48,589 bases of DNA from a virus (lineage: Duplodnaviria; Heunggongvirae; Uroviricota; Caudoviricetes): the IMG/VR virus record IMGVR_UViG_3300025012_000032; one strand, 5' to 3'. The position numbers and the translations under genes are program-made. Positions 29,268 to 38,614 of this stretch are shown in pieces. The notes under the pieces were generated by a model. The model worked only from the letters and a program-made list of their open reading frames with translations. It was not told where the DNA came from and ran no database searches. Numbering within the stretch: the first letter of the stretch is position 1; each line of letters starts with the position of its first letter.

Positions 29268-29329
29268 AGCATCCCCTACAATTCAGTCACACCAACCATT
29301 ACAACCAACTAAAGTGCGAACCTATTCAA

Positions 29330-29555
29330 TTATTACAATTTGTGTATATACGTATAAGAGTCTGGACGGAATTTGTGCCAGAGTTTCAATGGGTGCGAAA
29401 TACCTAGTGACTTTATGTATGCTTTACGTTCGCATTACTCCCATTACCTTACGAGTGTTATTCACAACCTAATAAATAAGGTATTATGAACACTTCTCGA
29501 TTTTAGGCCAAGTTGTTAAAAACAACTAAAGGAATACCTTTCTAAGATGGCCTTT
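29330..29555 (-). ncRNA. tracrRNA for Cas12f
   Basis: Anti-repeat at 29332-29362. Ordered motifs CGAGAAGTG (29491-99), TAACACTCGTAAGGTA (29445-60), TGAAACTC (29381-88) and GCACAAA (29372-78) parallel the recalled AsCas12f1 tracrRNA. 5' stem AGGCCA/TGGCCT. Confidence 0.8.
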
Positions 29556-29652
29556 TATTTAAAGAATGATTGTGAACTTAATAATTTATTTATGTATTTA
29601 TAAACATTTATTATCACCAACTTTTATTTATTTATATCTTCAACCTATAATC

Positions 29653-29681
29653 AGTTTACCATAAGTGGAAATGCCTGTCAA
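29653..29681 (-). promoter_or_regulatory. Sigma-A promoter upstream of tracrRNA/array
   Basis: TTGACA-17 bp-TAAACT with TG extension. Confidence 0.7.
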
Positions 29682-29849
29682 GTTTTATTTGAAATATTTA
29701 TTTCTTGCTTTAACATCCATTATTTCCTCACCTCACTTTCTACTCTCTCTCATCATACCACTAGCAAATAATGTTTGTCAAGTATAATTTTATTTTTATA
29801 TTCATAAGAAAAAGAGATAGAGGAAAGGGAATTTTACTTCCCTAGTCAA

Positions 29850-30050
29850 TTATCCTTGCATTTCTCCAGTTAAAGTAACTCTTTTCCCATTATGATCTTC
29901 ATCTACATAGACTTCTAATAATCCACCAGTAAATCTACCTCCCTTTTCAATGTGACCAGTTGAAACTTCTACTCTTAGAGACTTATCTTTTATTTTAGAT
30001 AATTTATCAATTAATTCTTGAACTGTTAAGACATTGCTAAATTCATACAT
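29850..30050 (-). CDS. Small hypothetical protein
   Basis: AAGGAG RBS before ATG 30050; own promoter TTGACA-17-TATTAT near 30090-30118. Confidence 0.65.
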   Translation of the reverse strand: MYEFSNVLTVQELIDKLSKIKDKSLRVEVSTGHIEKGGRFTGGLLEVYVDEDHNGKRVTLTGEMQG

Positions 30051-30167
30051 AAATTTATCACTCCTTAATAATCTATTTCCTCTGACCACATAATATCATT
30101 TCCAGTAAATAATGTCAACAATTATTTTAAGATTTGCACAGAAGAAGAAAGAAAAAGGAATAAATCA

Positions 30168-30314
30168 CTATTCCCTCTCATTAGTCTCCTTTTCTTTCCT
30201 TCTTCTCTCTAATTCTCTCATAATAACTCTAGCCGATGCCTCCTTATATAATCTCTCACCTTCTGCAACACTTTCAGGATCATATCTATAACTTCTAGTA
30301 ATTTCTACTATCAT
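30168..30314 (-). CDS. 48-aa charged peptide
   Basis: ATG overlaps the TGA of the 30311-30691 gene (ATGA coupling). Confidence 0.5.
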   Translation of the reverse strand: MIVEITRSYRYDPESVAEGERLYKEASARVIMRELERRRKEKETNERE

Positions 30315-30691
30315 ATTTTATATCCCTTCCACTCATCCCTAATATTTCCATTTTTATCATAAAAATCCCCATTAATCCCATCTACCTCATCTACATCACC
30401 CCAAGGCCCATAAGTACCAAACTCATTCATCATATCAATAACTTCATTAAAACTATACTCCTTAATAACTTTTGCATTAAACAAAGCATTATACACAACA
30501 ATAGGAAAATCTTTTTCATGTACTGCATCTCTGATAATATCATCTTTTATACACCAAGCATGGTCAATCGTTTGAAATGGTGGATATAAATTAGTAATAG
30601 TTCCATGAACTAACTTATAGTCATGATTTGATAATATAAATTGCAAACTTAATTCATAGCATTTTCCAATTTTATCTTGATTAATTACCAT
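30311..30691 (-). CDS. Hypothetical protein (GKCYE...LVHG...HAW motif)
   Basis: 126 aa ORF with GAGG RBS. Confidence 0.7.
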   Translation of the reverse strand: MVINQDKIGKCYELSLQFILSNHDYKLVHGTITNLYPPFQTIDHAWCIKDDIIRDAVHEKDFPIVVYNALFNAKVIKEYSFNEVIDMMNEFGTYGPWGDVDEVDGINGDFYDKNGNIRDEWKGYKI

Positions 30692-30732
30692 TAATTATTC
30701 ACCTCTTATTTTACATATTAAATTTGAAATTA

Positions 30733-31002
30733 TCAATAATTACGAACTATTCTCAATACCTTATATAAATTCTTTATTAAAGGATTTCCAAGAGAACGAC
30801 CATCTGCACAATGATAATAAATTCTTTCAGGAATTATATCTTCACAAAAATCTGTTGCCCATAAACCATTGCGTTTTCCTTCAAAACAAAAACCAAATTT
30901 CTCTATCTCTTCTTCGAAATCTCTTACTTGTTCGTATGTTTCTAATTTTTTAAATTTTAGATTAAGTTCATCCATAAATTCTTTAGAGTAATTATTGTCC
31001 AT
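30733..31002 (-). CDS. Hypothetical protein
   Basis: GGAG RBS before ATG 31002. Confidence 0.65.
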   Translation of the reverse strand: MDNNYSKEFMDELNLKFKKLETYEQVRDFEEEIEKFGFCFEGKRNGLWATDFCEDIIPERIYYHCADGRSLGNPLIKNLYKVLRIVRNY

Positions 31003-31090
31003 ATATTTAACTCCTATCACAATAATTATAATGGACCAGTCAAGCAAAGTCAAAAGGAATAGATTGAAGGGGAATTAATCCCCTATCCAA

Positions 31091-31396
31091 TCACTTACTT
31101 TTCTTCATTTCCTCAAATTCACTAATAAACATTTGGTTTGCATATGTTACGATTTTGTTTACGAACTCATCTGTTAAATTCATAGTAACTTCTAAAACAA
31201 ATTTAGATTCCTCGCTATGACTAACAATATCGTTTTCTGATATAAAATGCTTAGTTTTCTGAACAAAATCTTCATATGGTATTTTGTCAATCATCAATTT
31301 CAATCTGCAATTGTCTGACAAACTACAGTCTACATCATTTCCAATATCTGCACCTAAAACTTCGTTTAACACCTCAAAAATAGCAGTATTTAACAT
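31091..31396 (-). CDS. Small acidic hypothetical protein
   Basis: GGGAGAG RBS; promoter TTGCAC-17-TATAAT at 31432-31460. Confidence 0.7.
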   Translation of the reverse strand: MLNTAIFEVLNEVLGADIGNDVDCSLSDNCRLKLMIDKIPYEDFVQKTKHFISENDIVSHSEESKFVLEVTMNLTDEFVNKIVTYANQMFISEFEEMKKSK

Positions 31397-31767
31397 AATA
31401 TTAACACTCTCCCTTTGCTTCAGATGGACTTATTATAGCACGATTTAGGTGGGAGTGCAAGCAATATTATTTTTGTATTAAATGATATTTAGATTTGTGA
31501 TTAGATATATTATTAGTTTTATTATTATGTTAAATGTTATTATGTTTTATAAAAACAATTATCATTTATAAAACATAATTCAAATCATAATTAATATTAA
31601 CAAATTTATAAGCAAAAGGTAAAAAAATAGAGGTAATCTTTCATTACAAAAAGATTACCTCTTAGGATGAAAGAAAGAGTGTATAAATGAAAAATAAAAA
31701 TAATTCACTTATATTTGTTATGATATATTATTTTAGGGTTTATGTCAATGGGAGATTTATTTATTCC

Positions 31768-32847
31768 TCATCCCAACAAATCATAAAAATCATCATCACT
31801 TATATCTTCTTGCATTTGCTGAATAATTCTTTTAACTTCATAAGGTATTTGATCATCATTGGCGACTTCACATTCATCTACATCAAACCAATCTTCAAAG
31901 ATATCTGGCTCATTGCTTACAGTTACATTCGCAATATCTTCAACAATTATTTTCCTCTTATTGTTCTGTAATCCTCTACCCTTAATCTCTGTTGATGTAC
32001 GATTATCTATGATATTATCATTGGGTTTATATTCCAATTCTTTATATTGTTCTTGCTTTTTCTCTAATTCGGAAACCTTACTAACATCATTTAAAATATT
32101 ATTAATCTCTTGCTTTTTACTTCTTCTCTTATTAGAAACAATTTTATCAGTATGAACTAAATTTTTAGCACTAACCTCTATCTGCAATTGCAAATTGAAA
32201 TTCTTTTCATCATCATATTTTCCAATAAATGTAGTGCAATATCTTCTCTCAGGAGTTAGAAAATTATTATTATATCTAATCAAATGCAATTCATCCTGAA
32301 GAATAATATTGTATTTATGTATTGTTTTTGAATCATTCAATAATTGTTTTAGTTTTCCTTGTGACAAGTATCCAAATTGACTATCATTATTAGAAACTCT
32401 ACAGCAAGCAATAAAATATCTCACAATATTAAATTTACTTGTTTTGTCAGATTCTAATTGTTTAAAGATATGGTCTAAATCTTTATCATAAACCTTAAAA
32501 TAATACTCATCCAAAGGTTTAACTAATTCAACATAAAATAGTGTATCTTTCTTAATATCATCTACAGTAATTTCTTCTTTGTATATATTTAATATCTTGA
32601 CAATAAATTTCTTTTCCAGTAATCCAAAAATAGCCTCTTTTATAGTTGGAACAATATCATGATTCTTTTGAGTATTAAATCTCATTATCTTTACTATCAT
32701 TTCAATAGAGCAAACCCCTATATTTTTATATAATTGATAATTACGATACATTAATGCTAAAACAGTTAATTCCTCGTTTGTAATATCCATATTGTCATAA
32801 ATATCATTGGGCAATTTAATAAAATCATTCTCATTTGAATTAGTCAT
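31768..32847 (-). CDS. Putative phage replication/DNA-binding protein
   Basis: FIKLPNDI...wHTH-like N terminus and acidic tail; lies next to an iteron-like array. Confidence 0.5.
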   Translation of the reverse strand: MTNSNENDFIKLPNDIYDNMDITNEELTVLALMYRNYQLYKNIGVCSIEMIVKIMRFNTQKNHDIVPTIKEAIFGLLEKKFIVKILNIYKEEITVDDIKKDTLFYVELVKPLDEYYFKVYDKDLDHIFKQLESDKTSKFNIVRYFIACCRVSNNDSQFGYLSQGKLKQLLNDSKTIHKYNIILQDELHLIRYNNNFLTPERRYCTTFIGKYDDEKNFNLQLQIEVSAKNLVHTDKIVSNKRRSKKQEINNILNDVSKVSELEKKQEQYKELEYKPNDNIIDNRTSTEIKGRGLQNNKRKIIVEDIANVTVSNEPDIFEDWFDVDECEVANDDQIPYEVKRIIQQMQEDISDDDFYDLLG

Positions 32848-32880
32848 TGTACAATCATCCTCTCATAATCAAAATTAATA

Positions 32881-33069
32881 TTATTTTTGTGAACTAAATT
32901 TATTTTTCAAACCAAGTAAATCATTTAATGCTTCCCTGAATTTTTCATTATCTTCAAAAGAATATGATATTCCTTCTGGATCATTAAACTTAAAATATCT
33001 GAAACCTAAATATGATAATGCATCTGCCATGTATTTCTTTCTAATTTCAAAATATTTAATTTTGAACAT
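32881..33069 (-). CDS. DUF5659-like small protein
   Basis: KYMADALSYLGF.YFKF...YSFE...FREAL pattern. Confidence 0.55.
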   Translation of the reverse strand: MFKIKYFEIRKKYMADALSYLGFRYFKFNDPEGISYSFEDNEKFREALNDLLGLKNKFSSQK

Positions 33070-33225
33070 CCCCTTAATTTTAATTTTATAATAAGAGAGA
33101 AAAGAAAATTAATTTAACTCATTTCTCGCGTAGCGAATATATCTCTTATTAATATTTTACTCTTTACTTATATTTTACTATTATTACTCTTTAACTCTTT
33201 ATACTCTGGGATTTAGGTTTAAATT

Positions 33226-33324
33226 AAGTGATATATCTTTCTGGTGACGGAAAAAATAAGTGATATATCTTTTTACTCACGGTTAATTTAAGGGATATGT
33301 CTTTTTGACAAGGATATATCACTT
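33226..33324. repeat. Iteron-like array: three direct 15-mers with an exact 32-bp period plus one inverted copy
   Basis: AAGTGATATATCTTT at 33226 and 33258, AAGGGATATGTCTTT at 33290, inverted AAGTGATATATCCTT at 33310-33324; AT-rich flanks. Confidence 0.75.
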
Positions 33325-33501
33325 GATTCTTCCGTTTGTAAATGTTAAATTATTGATTTATTTATATTGTTCAATAAGGGTTTTATAAGTAAAAATTTTA
33401 TACTACATATTTATTGTAGTTGAATATTTTTACTTGTTGTGAAGGAGTCATCCAAACTAATTGGATAACTCCTTATATAGACGTATATTATTTATGTATT
33501 A

Positions 33502-34629
33502 TTAATCCACATTCCTAATATAGCAATAAATCTTTCCATCTTTATAACTATCAATTTCTAAATTCTTTTCCACAATTATTTTATCAATTATGCAATCATC
33601 TTCTTTATACTCTCTTGTAATAATTTGATCGAAAGCACTCTTCAATAAATTTTGTTTATCAAATCTTGCCAAACAATCAAATTTTATATACACTACAATT
33701 GGTTTATCCCAATCTATATTTAATTCATCCTTTGGAATTAATTGATGCGATGGAAAATTCTTAATCCAATTTTTATATGTATTTGTTTTTACTGTGATAA
33801 GTTTTCCTGTGTAATCGCTAACAACTTTTTCGTAGAGATAATTTTCAGACATTCCGTGAGAATTTATGCACATATATTCTGATAATGAAGGATTTAATAT
33901 TGCGATTGTATTCTCTAGATTATTTAATGCTTCATCTTTTTCATCAATAATCTGTAATTGTTTTGTAATTACTTTATCTTTATGAGAAATTATTTGCCCT
34001 CTACTTTTATTATTGGTTTCCTTTTGTTTCTTAGTTATAGTATTCATTACTTCTGCAAGAACTAAAGCGAAGGAACCCTTACCACTATCTATTAATGTTT
34101 GTTTCCTATTTCCTAAAGCACCAATAATTATATTTTGTATAGAATTCTTCTCTTTACCATCTTTATTTTTATGATATGTCATACATTCACGATATTCATT
34201 TTCTATTGCTTCAATATTGCAAGTTTTGAATGTATTTCTCATCTTTTTATTTGTAGAATATTTATCAAGTTTTGCCTCTTGTTCTTCTGTAATATTGCTA
34301 GAAATATATGCACCATTTTGTCTAATTTCTACTAATACTTTTCCTACCCAAAGCATAAACTGTGTTGCCCTATCATTTTTTGCTTTACCTATAAGTGGAT
34401 ACATTATATATTCTGGAATAAAATCTCCTGTCGCCACTTGTGTCGATGCTCCTAAATCAAATAAATGCTTATTTACTCTCGCCCATTTAATACACTCATT
34501 ACCACTTTTTGCAATTTCTGTCCATCCACAGAATTTTGCTACTTCATCAATTCTGACTTCACTTTGACCGTTGGTTTCTCTGAATGCTACTTCTTGTTCT
34601 TCATAAACTTTTGTTAATACATTTTCCAT
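33502..34629 (-). CDS. Antirepressor/Bro-like N-terminal domain fused to a RusA-like C-terminal domain
   Basis: IDEVAKFCGW...IKWARVN...FIPE..MY.LI.KA.N..A..F..WV; C-terminal FDKQNLLKSAFDQI...DDCII. Confidence 0.6.
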   Translation of the reverse strand: MENVLTKVYEEQEVAFRETNGQSEVRIDEVAKFCGWTEIAKSGNECIKWARVNKHLFDLGASTQVATGDFIPEYIMYPLIGKAKNDRATQFMLWVGKVLVEIRQNGAYISSNITEEQEAKLDKYSTNKKMRNTFKTCNIEAIENEYRECMTYHKNKDGKEKNSIQNIIIGALGNRKQTLIDSGKGSFALVLAEVMNTITKKQKETNNKSRGQIISHKDKVITKQLQIIDEKDEALNNLENTIAILNPSLSEYMCINSHGMSENYLYEKVVSDYTGKLITVKTNTYKNWIKNFPSHQLIPKDELNIDWDKPIVVYIKFDCLARFDKQNLLKSAFDQIITREYKEDDCIIDKIIVEKNLEIDSYKDGKIYCYIRNVD

Positions 34630-35001
34630 TTTAACACGTCCTTTTCTTTTTATTTTTATTCACTGTTTCTTGTCCTTTAATCTAAAAAAATATAAAAAAC
34701 TAAATGGCAAAGGAAAGGACACCTTCTTTTTGGTATGGGAGCTACCCATAAAAGCCATTTAGTAAAATTATCAATAATAAAAGAGAGAGGTGATTATAAA
34801 ACCATCTCTCAACCAACTAAATATTATTAAATTAACCTAAATTACGTTTTATACCCTATTTTACCTATCTTATGCTTCCATTATCTCTTGATTCCTTCAA
34901 TTTACTACCTAGTCTATATCTATCCATTAAAACTGGAATTTTATGGTAATAAAATTAATATTATTTTACATATTTTTTATAAAATAAGAAACAGAATAAA
35001 A

Positions 35002-35286
35002 CTAATTACTCTCTTTTCTTTGTATATGTATAAGGTTTGTAAAATGTAAATTTATAGCAATTCTCTGGTTTACCACGACTTGCACGGCGTTGCTTTTAGG
35101 GATCGAAAATAATACCAAAACCTTGTGGTTTTTACTAGTTGTGCTAATTACTTTACTCAATTTTACCTGTTTTTGAATATCATTAATTATATTGACCACT
35201 TTTGCATAAGGTTTTTCACTAAAGCATCTAATACAATCTGTATCTCTTGTCAATCTTCTTTTTATTTGATAATTTATTCTATGCAA
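35002..35286 (-). CDS. Hypothetical basic protein
   Basis: 94 aa ORF on the phage majority strand; no clear family. Confidence 0.4.
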   Translation of the reverse strand: MHRINYQIKRRLTRDTDCIRCFSEKPYAKVVNIINDIQKQVKLSKVISTTSKNHKVLVLFSIPKSNAVQVVVNQRIAINLHFTNLIHIQRKESN

Positions 35287-35351
35287 TTTTATACATCAAT
35301 ACTATAAAACGGTTGTGATCATTAGAATAGTGATGTATAATTAAGTAAATT

Positions 35352-36488
35352 ATGGATAAGACATATGATTTTGAGGAGGAAAACAAATTGGGGATCATTA
35401 GACTTTTATTGGCTTTGGCGGTAATCATTGTGCATACGACACCTGTTTTTGGTCTAAAATTAGTTGGTGCTGAAGTAGCGGTTAATTCTTTTTTTATCAT
35501 CTCAGGTTTTTACATGTCTTTGGCATTAAATGAAAAGTATAAAGCTGTTAGTTCTAATAAATTGTTTTACAAAAATCGCTTTTTACGGTTGTACCCACTT
35601 TACTACTTCGTATGGGTTCTTACCCTAATCGGTTATGCGGTATCTATGTCCATGGGGAAAGGAGGTTATGGGTTACATGTCTTAATGAATGTAAAAATGG
35701 GTATAGGTGCTATCCTGTATGCCGCGTTCGGAAATGTTACCATGTTAGGGATTAATTTTACACCTTCACTTAATCTAACTGCAGCCGGGGGATTAGCCCT
35801 CGTACCGTGGAACGGTAACAACACAGTAGTTGGTAGTTTCTTTATTGTGTGGCAAGCATGGTCACTATCGCTTGAAATTTTGTTTTACATCTTAGCACCA
35901 TATATTGTTAGAAGAAATGCAAAGTTTGTTGCCATATTCTTGTTGGTTAGTGTTGGCTTAAGATACATACTAGCCGCAACGATATTCACTAAATACATTG
36001 TCTTGTCAAGATTTTTCCCTACTGAGGTTTGGACATTCTTATTAGGAGTACTCTCGTACAAGTTGTATGTGAAAATGAAAACAATTAAAATTAGCAACTA
36101 TATTGGCTTTAGCCTCCTTGCTTTTATGATTTTATTTACCGCTATTTTTCAATTCCTACCCGCGACCGAAGGTAGGTACTGGATATATTTAATCTGCATG
36201 GCCTTGAGTATTCCACTGATATTTAATTCCACTAAAGAACTCAAATTTGACAAAAATATAGGTGAACTATCCTATCCTTTGTTTATTTCCCATATTTTCA
36301 TAAGAGACATGTTGAAGCCTTACCTTTCCACTACCACAGACTTAGGCTTTATCGTAGTAGTTGTAACAATTTTATTAGGGATGCTTCAAGTTAAATTCAT
36401 AATTGAACCGATAAACAAACGTAAATACAAGATAAAGACTTTGCCGCAAGAACCTATTATCTCGACACTTCAACCAGGTAGTAGTTAA
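35352..36488 (+). CDS. Acyltransferase-3 family membrane O-acyltransferase
   Basis: IRLLLALAVIIVH, FFIISGFYM, FYKNRFLRLYPLY, AWSLSLEILFY and GELSYPLFISH; about 10 TM helices. Confidence 0.92.
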   Translation: MDKTYDFEEENKLGIIRLLLALAVIIVHTTPVFGLKLVGAEVAVNSFFIISGFYMSLALNEKYKAVSSNKLFYKNRFLRLYPLYYFVWVLTLIGYAVSMSMGKGGYGLHVLMNVKMGIGAILYAAFGNVTMLGINFTPSLNLTAAGGLALVPWNGNNTVVGSFFIVWQAWSLSLEILFYILAPYIVRRNAKFVAIFLLVSVGLRYILAATIFTKYIVLSRFFPTEVWTFLLGVLSYKLYVKMKTIKISNYIGFSLLAFMILFTAIFQFLPATEGRYWIYLICMALSIPLIFNSTKELKFDKNIGELSYPLFISHIFIRDMLKPYLSTTTDLGFIVVVVTILLGMLQVKFIIEPINKRKYKIKTLPQEPIISTLQPGSS

Positions 36489-36537
36489 TTAGTTAGCCCC
36501 TGACAAATTATGTTAGGCCTAACTAATTAACCTTAAG

Positions 36538-38331
36538 TTAACCCAGAATACACACGGTTCCAGATTTAACCGTTCCATTTGCGTATTTAGTCATAACTTT
36601 TAATGCATTAGCAACCTCGTCGATATAAAAACTAACTTGACTAGCATTCAAATCTGTACTCGTAGGAGTTATTGCATTAAAAGCTGTCTTTTTGTCCCAT
36701 GTTGTCTTAATACCTTCCATTAAAACACCATTGTTAGCTACCATCATAGACCACCCACACTTCTCAGCTCCCGATGTGAGACTTGCCCCAAGTAATGTTA
36801 AATTTGCAACTTCAACTGTTGCACCAACTGAATTATTCTTAAGAGCCGATATTTTATCTATACTATTATCCCATGCGGAATTTGGTGAGGTTTTGAATCT
36901 TAAAGGTTTTCCTTTTAGATTTATAAATTCAGGTGTACTCAAAAACGTATAGCAACCAATCACAGTATTGCCTTCAACTCGATTATTATCAATATCTAAG
37001 CAATATACACCATATCTAGGCTTTGCTCCGCTCCCCCTAGTGTTACCAATTATGTGATTATTTCTAATTTCATTTCCAGTAAACCCATCTACTTCATGGA
37101 TTGCGTCATATGTGTTGTCTGTGTATATACTACAGTCCATAATGGTATTTTCAGTTACGATATTGCTGTAGCCATTTATAACGATTCCGTGCCCAAATAT
37201 CATACCAATAGTATTTCCCATTATTTTCACTCTACTAGAATTACAAACAATTCCTCCACCTTTTATATTCTTATCCACAATAGAAGAGTATAATCTTCCA
37301 ATTATAGTGTTACCCAATACAGATGCTTGGCCTACTCCTATCACCGCCCCACCCCCCGTGTATGGTTGAATAGTGATAGCATTGTCATACGGTTCCATGA
37401 TAAAATTTTCATTTATTTTCCCTGTATTTAGACTTCCATCATAGAATTTCTGGCAGTAATCAGAGTGATTGTCTGTTATATTCAAACCAATAGCTTCAGG
37501 GGCATTATTCTTAATGCAACATGCTCCATCATTTGCTATAACAAAACCACCTAACGAGTGGAACCGATTATCCTTAATCTCATACCCTCTACATTCTAAT
37601 GATGTACCCCCAGTTACATTATTAATCTCTAGGCCTATAAAACAGTTGGAGATAAGATTAGTTGTTACTTTTAAATTCCTTCCGTAAGTACGCACCGCAG
37701 TTTTAAATTTATAAAATTTATTACTTATTAGGTGTGCATCTAGGTCTGGATTATTAGTCGGTCTTAGAAACTGCATACAGGTTTGAGTTGTTTCTTCGCC
37801 ATTGTATTTCCCATCCGATCCCCAATAATCCACTTTATATGATCTGAATTCACTTCCTAATATATTAAAGAAAATTCCGTTGGGTTTAGTAAATAACAAT
37901 TTAGAAGTATAGTATCCAAACGAATTGGCCTGAAATGTAATATTATCTTTTCCTATTGTCACGGTGTCTTGAAATACATAACAAGACAAATCTTCTGTTG
38001 ACGGAAATTGAATTACACTACCTGAAGGCGAATTTGCAAGTAGTGCATTCAATATAGTCGTACAATCACTGACTATACCATCTGTCGTGATGGCACCGTC
38101 AACGGCAATTGATATAGCTGTAGTCTGTGGCCTTGTATATGGCGGTGGTAATTTCGCAAAATTAATAGCATACTCGTTTACAGTATCATCCTTATGCGCA
38201 TCAAACTCACTCTTATTTGTCTTCTCAACTACTCCTCCAGTTCCACCCAAAACCGCAATCTTATCCTTAACACTCCCTACCTCATCAGACAACATAAAGT
38301 CTGGTATTTGATTTAAACTCATATGTATCAT
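36538..38331 (-). CDS. Right-handed beta-helix (pectate-lyase-like) tailspike/depolymerase-like protein
   Basis: Regular I/V-x-N-N/G repeats (IKDNRFH, ITDNHSD, IMGNTIG, VTENTIM, IRNNHII). Confidence 0.7.
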   Translation of the reverse strand: MIHMSLNQIPDFMLSDEVGSVKDKIAVLGGTGGVVEKTNKSEFDAHKDDTVNEYAINFAKLPPPYTRPQTTAISIAVDGAITTDGIVSDCTTILNALLANSPSGSVIQFPSTEDLSCYVFQDTVTIGKDNITFQANSFGYYTSKLLFTKPNGIFFNILGSEFRSYKVDYWGSDGKYNGEETTQTCMQFLRPTNNPDLDAHLISNKFYKFKTAVRTYGRNLKVTTNLISNCFIGLEINNVTGGTSLECRGYEIKDNRFHSLGGFVIANDGACCIKNNAPEAIGLNITDNHSDYCQKFYDGSLNTGKINENFIMEPYDNAITIQPYTGGGAVIGVGQASVLGNTIIGRLYSSIVDKNIKGGGIVCNSSRVKIMGNTIGMIFGHGIVINGYSNIVTENTIMDCSIYTDNTYDAIHEVDGFTGNEIRNNHIIGNTRGSGAKPRYGVYCLDIDNNRVEGNTVIGCYTFLSTPEFINLKGKPLRFKTSPNSAWDNSIDKISALKNNSVGATVEVANLTLLGASLTSGAEKCGWSMMVANNGVLMEGIKTTWDKKTAFNAITPTSTDLNASQVSFYIDEVANALKVMTKYANGTVKSGTVCILG

Positions 38332-38614
38332 TCCTTTCTTATTATAAAATTTTATAGTTTATTATTTTGTAATTAATGTTATTATTGTTTTAACTTATTA
38401 TTTATTTTTATACTTAAAATAATGAAATAAAAGTGCGATTTTATTATTTCTCACTTATTGTCAAACGAATAATACCGATCATTACATAATAAATCATCAT
38501 ATTATTTTTATCCTATCCTCCAAAATTTAAAAAATCTTATAATTTTGCCATTCTGAAACCTTGTAAACACAACACTTTCAGACCTACAATGTTATGATTC
38601 GCACAGAATGTGGT

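Noticed and set aside
29233-29472. 79-aa plus-strand ORF from the track
   Set aside because: It overlaps a CRISPR repeat and the tracrRNA and has no RBS; treated as spurious.
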